Positions 53,758 through 64,000 of a DNA stretch of 64,000 nt are shown here, in pieces (the stretch's first letter is position 1; each line of letters opens with the position of its first letter). A model generated the notes under the pieces. The model saw only the letters and a list, made by a program, of their open reading frames with translations, was not told the DNA's origin and did no database searches. The stretch lies in the NCBI RefSeq assembly GCF_031769215.1, contig NW_026782090.1:124001-188000 (forward strand), in the 5' to 3' direction. The DNA comes from Ylistrum balloti (Eukaryota). The position numbers were made by a program, and so were the translations under genes.

Positions 53758-55719
53758 CTGTGTAAAATCACTTGTATCACGGTTTGGAAAAGTTTCCTCT
53801 CTAATGTGCTTTTTCATACATGCCTTTTGACCAAAAGGAATTGCTTATCTAGTCTTGTCATTTATCTGATGAATTTTTGTATTCACAGGATGTTATGAAC
53901 CATGCTTATCTTTAGTGTATCATTCCAAAATTTATATTTGTACCGACAAAGCCAGTAGTATCTATGTATAACTGTAGGTGTATGTAGGTATAGGTTTGTA
54001 GCTAAATATACATATCCGAACCAATCGTCAAATGATTTGGCTATTACATGTACGCATGTTGATCGCGGTCTTAAAACAGAAATCAAGAAAATACCAACCT
54101 GTCAACATAATCAAAACTCAAAGTCCATAAAAACTAGGGCAAAATATGATTAAAAGAGATTTACACATTGAACAATGTCCTTTCTTATTTGTATTGACCA
54201 AAATTTACGAGGTAGGTGCTGTAGATTAAGCAGAAGACGGATTTTCTTCCGTAACGTAAGATTTTTTTTCTTCTTTTCCTCTCTTTTTTCATAAGATTTG
54301 AAGTAAGAGCTTGTCATTGTACAATCTGATCCGGGAAGTGTTTATCTTTAAAATCCGGTTCATTTCTTAAAAGATTAAGGTACTTTGAACGTGAGGGGAA
54401 CCAATTACATTACTGACGTTGCCATACAAATGAGGTTTACATAACTAAACTGTGTCTCAAATGTATAGGATTCAAGTACTGGAATAAACATTCTTCAATG
54501 TCATTTTGAAGCTTTAACAAGTAAACCACTTTCCATTTAAAAGCCGAACTAATGTATCAAGAAATTCTTAACATTTTTATTTTTTAAATAACAGTATTGT
54601 TACATAAAGGAAATAAAAATTCAGTACATATAGGACGTTTGTTTTATTTAAACCTTCTATAAATACAGCAAGTCTGACTGAAAATCATTATCTACACAAT
54701 GGTATCTAGACCTCATATGAAGTGATAAATCTCACTTTATCTAGGCGTAAAATCCCAACAGAAAGTCAAAGGTCAAATTTCATAAAATGTCATACCGTTT
54801 CTCAAGGCTTTTTGTTATCAAAAAGTTTAGAGGTAAAATATCCTACTGACCGCCTTCCTTTGTCATCACTGTTCAGGTGAAAAAGTCATTAAATAGCCTA
54901 AATACCTTACAGGTGAGCACCGGGACATTCTGGTATTAAGTTGTTGTTCGGTAGATAGATGTTTGATAAAGAATCAAATTAAAACACGAAAATCACCTTC
55001 TGTACACTAAGTATGGATAAAGACCGAGGTAACCCGACAACATAACCTCCTACTCGTTCTCACAACAATTTTATATCAATATTAAGTGCATTCATATCAC
55101 GTCACCTATTTATTTTTTTTTCAATACAAATTGATTGCACCGACGTTATCCTGTACAAGTAGTGCTTCCTGCAAACTTTACGATCACTCGATAACGATTA
55201 GAGAGGTTGATGTTGACTTGATTGCACGCCCTGTCAGTGTTACTGAGAAGATCGTCCAACATGTTATTACGTGAACAGTACATCTCATTTACACGGTGAC
55301 ATTACAAGGCAAGAGTACTTTGTCCACGTCACTTTAAAGAAAGCCAGAGGGTATAAAATTCCACTTGAAAAATAATTTCGTTCTGAGATCATCAGATCTC
55401 TACAAACTATTATAAACACGTGTTCAAGCACCCTCTGCATGCGCGTGCGTTATAAATGTTCATTTTTTTGGTGAACAGAAACCTTCAGAAAGAGAGAAAT
55501 TGAAAATGGCGCATGACAGCTAGAGTGACAGACACAGCATGCTGTACAAATAAAGACGACTTATTCAAAGTACCAGCAGAGCTTCTAAATTAGGTTTACT
55601 TTCGATCATTGTTTTATCTAGATCAATTCCACGAGAACCCGAACCAATCCAAACAAACATATTACAACGGAGGGATTATAAACTATGGTGTCTGTAACCA
55701 AGGGAGATAATCTACTTAC

Positions 55720-55820
55720 AGGTGTTGAACTGTCACCATCCTCCAAGATATCGTTAAGCTGTGAAGGCTCCATGGTAACAGTGGATGTGAGCTGTGGCTT
55801 CTCTGGCATTGCGACGTCTC
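55720..55820 (-). CDS. Candidate orphan internal exon of an unidentified gene
   Basis: Acceptor ccgtatcccag|GA and strong donor ACCT|gtaagt; 101 nt, phase 1 to phase 0; locally GC-rich. Reads (G)DVAMPEKPQLTSTVTMEPSQLNDILEDGDSSTP, an S/T/P/acidic segment with no recognised family. Confidence 0.4.
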
Positions 55821-58800
55821 CTGGGATACGGTTATATCAATTTCACATCACCATCGGACAGGAACACCGAACGATTCAGCATTAATTACGTCACACGTCG
55901 GAATGACAAATTCTAAAGTCTCTGCAGTGCCAGTCGTATGTATTGTGTGGTAGTTTACAGACACGACAGGTAAAGAAAGTGTTTCACAGAAACTGTGACA
56001 ATAGTAGACGTCTATTATGATTTGTGGAAATTATTTAATTGTACGAGTATAAAAAGGCAGAAATTTAGCCGATACACTTCTGACCTGGCTTACATATAGA
56101 ACTGTATATATGTTTTCAATAATTCATAGCAATCAATATTCCCTAAAGTAATTACTTAAGTAATTCGCTGCCACTGATAATATAAACAGTAAAAAAATTA
56201 AATCTTAACAGCAAGATCGTTCTCACAACACACAGCGTATCAATGTTTCTCCTGGTATTAATCCGCCATCTACTACATCTTACTTCATTGTAGCTGAAAA
56301 CAGGGCACAGAACAACATGAAGATTCCTATAGAACAGTAGGTGGTCGGAACAAGAAACAAAGAAAGTATTATGTGTAATCTACCACTCAACATCAAAGTT
56401 ATCAAATTAAAATCAAACCTAGAGCTATCACATCCAGAAGGCACCACGACGTCTTATCCTCCAGATTATTGTATCCAAAACCACAAAATTCCACAATAAC
56501 GTCCGGAAGAAAGCCACACTTTGATGACTGATTGGCTACTGGGGAATCTGTGTCCGGTCAGTTTGATACCCGACTGAAGTGACCTGTGAAAGTTTACCCG
56601 AGATATCGATACATACAGGTCGCCCAACCAATCGTTACCTGGGGACATCCAATTGTTGGGTTAACTTGATAGACGGAATCACGGAACAAGATTGTTGATA
56701 CTTGAAGCACGAGTCCTAAGGTTTCCAACACGGTAACACACCAGCACGTTAATAAAGAGATCTTTCCAGTTGATTAGATCTAAACTAGATCGATCGCGTC
56801 ATATTAAACAACAGACAATGGTGCAGTGCTCTCAACATATCTCACGCTCCGCCTGGATAAAAGGCATCGACACTTTAATTTATATCAATGTATATAAATA
56901 TATACAAATGTACAGACGACAATGAGCTGATAAAGGACAGAAGCATTGTCGGCCTAGAACAACGAGTCTTAAAAACAGGTAGGATACATATGCCGAACTC
57001 CTACCATACATAAACAAAACAACGGTTAATCCCGAAGTTTATCTCTACAATATCATTATACAGAATTTTGAATCCGATTCAGTGAGGGAGCATCGCGTGA
57101 GAGGACAACACTTATTTAATGTTAATCTAACTAATATATGAAAAGGTACGACAATTACTTGAATTTGTTTCGTTTAAATGTCACACAGGTTGTCGTACCT
57201 CGGTGGTTGTAGGTGAGGAACCATGTTTTTCATGTGCTCTGTACATATTTAAATATAACCCATTTAACAACGACGTTGAAGCACCTTCTCTATTGCTCAA
57301 AGATTAAACTCTCGTTAAAGGTATAAGACGGCATGGATCTGAATAGAGAAGTTTTTATTGTCGACCTGTCAAAGGTTTATACAGAGTTCAATATTGACCT
57401 GTACAGTACTTGAAGTATTTTACATTTTAAAGAGATAAAATATGACATGAACATGTGAAGAAATTACAGCCTTATAATAAAAACACTCTATAGAATTATC
57501 GCGTTCTTGTCCTGTTCTAAGTACTTATCCTGAACAGCGGAGACCTGTCAAATTAGACAGGTATTTTTATTCGCGATTTCAAAAATATTTATATTCATTA
57601 TTTTCATACAGCGCACCTGTTAAACCTTAACGCAATTCTATTGAAATGACATGTAGCGCTGCCCGATAATCGTTGGTAAAGAACTTTCACGATCAATTTG
57701 GATTAAATTGATCGTATAATTTCACAACAGACTTACAAATTGATAAACAAATTAGGCAAGTCTGGTTTTGTCCCGGCATCAGAAGAAATATAAAGAGTAA
57801 TTATATTTCGTTTTATCATTAACAGGCATGTAGCCAAAGAATATACAGCTTGGACTATTTCATCGCATGTACGAACTTTTAACTGTATTAACATTTGCCA
57901 GGAAGAGTCGTGTGTACCTACCGTGAAACGTCTGCTAATTGGAAGATTTGCGCGTGCATACGGACGTGAGCGGGCACCGTGAGATTACCGACGAGAGAAG
58001 CAGAATACTTCGAAATCATTAATCATGACGTTAAAAATAATGAACAAAATATCAGCCTAGTTTTCTTCATGCTTTCTTTGTCTTAATCTAAATACATCGC
58101 AGCACGCAACAACACTGAAACAAATCACATTGTATTTCTTCTACATTTTCACATAACAATAAGTTATCTGTGGTAAAGTAGCATAAATGTCGACAACTTA
58201 GCGTTAACAATTCAATCCCCAAATAGAGATGTATTGAATTGGTGTTTGGTTTCATAAATACGCGCTTAGTTTAATGTTTCCAGTTTCAGTTATCGTCTTT
58301 CTTGTCTCACAACTACACTCAACCGAGTCAATTACAGCAGCCAGGCAGATAATCTAACTTACATTTACTTATCTCCGTTATTTTTCTGTATCAAGAATGT
58401 CAGTTGGGATATACAAGAGCCCTCGCATTTTCATTGATAACTGGAATTTACTTATCAGAGTTTGTCTCGTTATATTTATATGCACTACTGCTACAACGGA
58501 AAACGATATGAGCTGGATCCGACATGTTTTCTAAAAACACCGTCTGGTGTAGTGTGGATACTTCGAAATTTTTACATAAGTTTGGGAGTGGCGACAGGGA
58601 TACTGTAAACTTGAAATAACAGACAGGATCGTCAACAACTTAGAATAGTTATTCACAATATCATAAAAACTATGCTTTCTTTTTCATTATACAACATGTG
58701 TTCTGGTAATCATCCTTAAGTATAACGTACTCCAAAAGCCAATGATGCACCAAACACAACTGTCCATAAATCATTAAAATTTCTCTTCAAATTGCCATGT

Positions 58801-60304
58801 TTCTGCTTTATCTGCCGTAAAACCTTATTCATCATAGCCTATCTCAGATGTAATAACACAAGTACAGACTTTGTAACAATAGAGACTTTCTACCAACAGC
58901 AACACAAAAGTAGCCATTGAAAGTTAAAAAATATATATCTTTCAATAAAAACTCAACTATGTTAATTGAAATTGAGCCTCACGTTCCGTATACTGCTGAA
59001 CGTGTAAAGATCCATGTCGTTTTCTTTTATAACTTTACTTTTGTTTGCTGAGGAGGTAGAAAAATCAATACATTGTGCTGAGCTGTTGGCTGCTATCACA
59101 AACGCCTCTTAGATGGCGTGAGGAAAAGAAACCATTCTGAGTAATGAGATAACACAAAGGCATTTCATAATTTTCTTGTCAGTATCCAGATGCTGTGTTA
59201 AATTATACAGTGAGTTGGAGCATTTCTCAATCAACATTTGACAGTACAGAATTTTAGTGTCAGGATGAACAATCTGTGTCGATTTTCCACCATTTTTATT
59301 TTTATAATTCGCAGTAAGCTAGTAGGTAATAAGTAGTATGGATAGAGAATGTATTTGTTTATAAGTTACTGGAGTTAATGTCCTGATATTTTAACACAAA
59401 TAATTCCTATTTACCTAAACATTCAACAAATACATAGCATCATTAATAAAAGTTGAAGATGAATTACTCAACAGTGTTAATAAAATGGTAAGAAAACAAA
59501 GTAACGAAAATACGGTAAACCTAACGAGTCAAGTGTGTCTCTAAATACCAGTAATTAGATCACATTGCATTCCATTCTGTAAATGAATCCCCAGAACCAA
59601 AAACAAAACAAACAGCGGTGACGCAGAAGGCGTTTACTCTTCCGGAACACCTGGTCTTATTCTCCTTGCCCTTTTTAAGGTGTCTGACTGCAAATCTTTC
59701 TTTTGTTGATATTTTTCCCTGAATTATTCGAATGTGAGTTTGGATTACGATTATGTTGACATGTTGGTATTGTTGTTAGTATACGTGATGTAATTAGTAT
59801 GACTCTACCGTGTATAGAACTAAAACCTGTAAAACTATATATGTCAGGATCGTGTTTAAATCAATATATTATCACTGGACCAGAGGGTTGTTAACATGTC
59901 TTCTATAACTAGATGTCATCGCTTTTTCATCCACATTTGATGCCACCAGATCTAACACAGTTTGTATTGATCAGTTAATAATTACCTCTATAAAAAAGCG
60001 ATAATTTTGTTTATAATTAGGTGATAAATAACCGTAAACTATTCCAGAGTGGATTCATTATCACAGTACTACCTAATCATGTATATAATTTACCAACAAT
60101 TCCCTGTAATGGGCTTATCATAAAGATATAGCCCATCAACATTTTGAGTCATGCTAGAATCTAGTGATCTCCGAAAAATGTTTCCCTTATACGATGTATT
60201 TGTAAACATGTCATATTATATACGGTGAACTTGCATCAGAGGTCATTCTTTTATTTTTCAGTATTATTACAAAGTCTCCGCCATTATTATTTGTATTATG
60301 TTTG

Positions 60305-60470
60305 AGTGGTCTGGTGGAGCAGTGCCAACGCCTTTCACCTATACGTCCGAGATTGGTTTCTAAAGAAACGGACAGGAAAAAGGTATGGGGCTTTACCCGG
60401 GTGCTGCGGTTTTCTCACACAGTAAGATCTCTCGCACGCTTCCGTCGGGCCAATAAGAGTGATTAATATA
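60305..60470 (+). mobile_element. tRNA-derived SINE, same family as 1712-1860
   Basis: Degenerate tRNA-like head (gtggtctggtggagcagtgccaacgcctttcacc), then aaaaggtatgggg, ctttacccgggtgctgcggttttctcacacagtaagatctctcgcacgct, gggccaa; collinear with the reverse complement of 1712-1860. Confidence 0.72.
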
Positions 60471-62292
60471 AGATCGAAAAATTGTGTGGCATTTGTTGTA
60501 AAAAGATTTTTAAAATATAATTTCTAATTGTTTTATATCGTCCCCTGCGACATTTCGACCTAACCCCAGTTTCATCTTACACAGTAACAGCGAGGGAAAA
60601 CGAAAAAAATGGGGGCCCAATGAAGTAGATTGTCCTGGCTGTCTTTCTAATTTTTGTGTTAGACGACCTTTGATCACCTCTGGGCGTTGATAAAATGTGT
60701 TTTTCTTCCTTCATTGTGGTTTGAAATTTCATTACTCCAAAATTACCCGCACAAAATTATTAGATAGGTCGTCAGCTTGCTTTGTAATGGCATGTAATAC
60801 AAAGTATTTACATCCTTATTCAATCAGATGTGAGAATGTTCAAGTCAGAAAAGATCTGTATTATTCATTATGCGTGTAATAGTATTTAACCCACCGATCC
60901 TTCAGAATCTAACAGAGTTTGAAGTGTGAAAGCCTATTGGAACAAGTGGAAAAGCTATCAACGTCACTGAATGTCCCCATTCTATACAGACACAAGCTAT
61001 GTACTTTAAACTAAAACATCCTTGGTCGTATATAATTCATATATAATTTCAAATTTTTCTCTGATTTACCACTCGTTTGAAGCACATTTCACAAGTTATA
61101 AAAAAAGTCTAAGGTTCCTTTTTTCCTTATTAGATTTTTGAAGTTTTTTTTATATAATCTCATCCTTAAAAAATTGGAAGCCCTCCAATGTAACAACTTT
61201 AGCAGTATCTAGTGACACTAGTAGCTCTCAAGACATTATACTGGACCAACAACATCTAGATCATGTTTATGTTCAGTCACTCTCATTATATTGTACTTGC
61301 CTTGTAACACTGTTAAAAATATATTATCATGATAACTTGAAGTAAAAAAACTTATTCAATCGGTAGAATGATTAGAAATAAACAAAAAATATTGATTTCT
61401 TTATGTTGAACTTAGAAGAAATATCTTTCGTTGTTTACATCGTTTTAATGGTAAAATACACGTTTCTTAGTTAACAGACACGTGTCTTGATCTCGAGTTT
61501 TAGATACGTTAAAAGACATGTGTTATACTGACACGTCCTTTGGTGACTACCTCCATTCAATCTCCTCTCCACTTTACGATACTTTGGAGAATGGGGGTAG
61601 TTTTTGACAAAAGATACTACTATCTTATCAAAGAATAACAAAAATGCCAAATCGACACGTTTTACTATCAAATATGTGCTGATGGAAGTTGTATCCAAAA
61701 AGGAAAGCTACGTTGTTCGTTCTAAGTGAAACCGCCCTTCTTAATGGATTAAAAAGACGTTTCCTTGAAACTTTGTATCACTCTAAACTAATTGTAGATT
61801 TACACATTGTTAAGATAACAGAACTGCTTTCGGCCGCGATACAATTTGAGGTTTTATGATGATGTGCGACAGAAGGTATTATGCGGAGTGATGGTAGTTC
61901 GATATTAGTTGGCAGGCAATACATTTGTGTTGTCACATTACAAACCGATCGTACGGGATGCCTAGACTGATGGCATATGTTAGCTGTAAACATTAGATAT
62001 TTATTTCTTACTCGTGACAAATATATACATATGTATGACTTAACATCTCTCCCGACATTTGTTGGCGTAATGGTGTTAGATTTAGACAGTACAGTCATTT
62101 ATACTGGTTATCGATCGACGGATTTCTCTCTTAAATAATTAAACTTCTTCGGAAATGAAATGTTTCGGATCATCTGCAGATATAATCAGCGTTGTAGTGG
62201 AATATTGATTAGAGTCTACTTTGTATGGGGCTCCGTTTACTGCCTTTCGTACACACTAGCGGCGCAATATGGCACAAGCCGTGCTTTAGTAT

Positions 62293-62460
62293 TGGTCCAA
62301 TCAATGCCAACAGTCTTTTATGTAACGATTTGGCAATACACTTCACAGTGAGATATGTTACTCCTTCCGAGATCATTTTACATCTCAATTCCACTTTTAT
62401 TGGTCCCGGAAATCATGCCGGAAGTTGTGTTTCTACCGGAAAATCCGCACGAGTGAGATT
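62293..62460 (+). promoter_or_regulatory. Candidate promoter: CCAAT boxes plus three CCGGAA (ETS-type) motifs
   Basis: attggtccaat at ~62291, attgg at ~62399, ccggaaat, ccggaagt and ccggaaaa within ~45 bp (62406-62445), followed by a donor-like GA|gtgaga. Motif match only. Confidence 0.3.
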
Positions 62461-64000
62461 TCCGTTACTGTATGCAAAAAAAGATACAAATAGAACCTAA
62501 GGCAGAAGATAAAGGGTGAAATCCCACTATTATCAGATCAATCAGCATTAGACACACGTAACAATCTGGTTTTAAACCTATTTGTTTCCCTAACATCTAT
62601 ACACAATCGTGTGACCTGGTATTGTGTTGGTGTAATTTTAGTCAACATTAACACAAGGCGTCATCGAGACCTGAAGACGGGGATATGTTACAAATTAACT
62701 GACTACAATGTACATCTCTTACACACGTATATTCAAATTAAATACACCCTGATTGATTGCTACAAACACCGCCTCCATCTTACTTCAAGGACAATTTGAT
62801 GATACCACAAAATCATGAAAAAGGAAACCCGATTTGTAAGGGTTAACACCGACGAAGTTTTTAAATGTCCTAATGAAGATTAAAGAGAAAGTGTTTTGTT
62901 ATATTTGCCCACAGTAATCCCTAGCTGTACCAACTGTTATCTCAGCCCCTTTACAAGGAATATATTCTAAATACCTATCAATGTGGGATAAACACTAGAA
63001 TACCTTTGTTCACATAAGAGACGAGGATATTTGTAAATCTCTAACGGTAAACATCAATTAGTACGATCGTTACATCAAGATGGAATATCATCGTCACAAA
63101 GAACGACAGAGAAATGATCTACCAGTATGTATGTAATAAATCTAAGTAGCCTATATGTTGAATCATGGATACATAACAGGAAAAAATCCACAGTTACCTA
63201 TTCAATCTAGAAATAGGCTGCTTAACCTTCGACCTTAAATCGAATTACCAAGGTCTTTTTTTCTTTGTCACATGGCGACCTTAAACTGTATACTTAAGGC
63301 CGTTGAACATTTCCCTTGTGTTTACATCGCGACCTGCAACTAAGTACTTTATGTCAGGCGGTCTTTAACGAAATCCTTAACGTCCGGCGACATTGTCTTA
63401 TGTAAGTGGTATGCGGTTTGATGGTGCTTCTTTTGTCAAGTTGACACCTGTTTCCATCACCTCAACTCTCAAACAGACGATGGTTTTTGTTCGAATACTT
63501 AAACAAACGTTTCTTTTTCATAAAATTAATTTATCTTCTAACGCATTCCTTTGTCAGCTGACGCCTCTCCATCACGATCATTCTCGACGTCCTCACAATT
63601 TCAATGTGTTTTAAGTGTTACCATCTTCCTACGTATAAACCTTAAATAACATGTTTGACGCAAACAGTCGAAAAAAAAATCCTTTCAACCGAGCACTATA
63701 ACCACTAACCCCTAACTGCTTTTATCATAGAAACGGAGTGGTTTCCATGTCGACCGTTAACGAGTCAAACAGTCAAATTTTACAGCACCTTAGATTACAA
63801 TTAATGAATTCGCTTCGATTCCCACCAAACCAATCGTATCGTCAATACGCTTCAGTGTGTGTTCTGGAAGTCATTACTTGACACTGGCGTTACCATGGCT
63901 TACAGCTGAGCCGCTCCGCGCTCTCGAGTGGTGTCCAAATTCAATAAGAAATATCCCGTGTCAGCTTCCAAGATAGATGAGCTCGCTTGAAAGCCTTGCA

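Noticed and set aside
56466-56760. GC-richer stretch as a reverse-transcriptase or transposase remnant
   Set aside because: No RT (YxDD) or DDE motifs in the frames I read, and stops are frequent.

Overview
AT-rich eukaryotic (animal) genomic DNA. Intron style, tRNA-derived SINEs with a V/Meta-type central domain and many unrelated minisatellites suggest a bivalve mollusc; this is inference, not a species call. The one well-supported gene is a spliced TNF-receptor-superfamily gene on the minus strand. I reconstructed five phase-compatible GT-AG exons by hand (7020-6909, 6705-6542, 6292-6214, 3583-3504, 1599-1345) encoding tandem cysteine-rich domains, a stalk, one transmembrane helix and the start of a cytoplasmic tail. 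Two plausible 5' coding exons lie far upstream (16744-16705, 20310-20163). The 3' end of the CDS is unresolved and may lie beyond base 1. The remaining ~43 kb is mostly non-coding: about ten minisatellite arrays (several with higher-order structure), a G-quadruplex-prone tract, SINE fragments and a few orphan exon-like segments (best 55820-55720). Most ORF-track entries look like chance or repeat-derived ORFs. I found no prokaryotic genes, CRISPR array, intact transposase or RT ORF, or tRNA/rRNA gene, and no convincing new biological system. The findings are leads, not discoveries.
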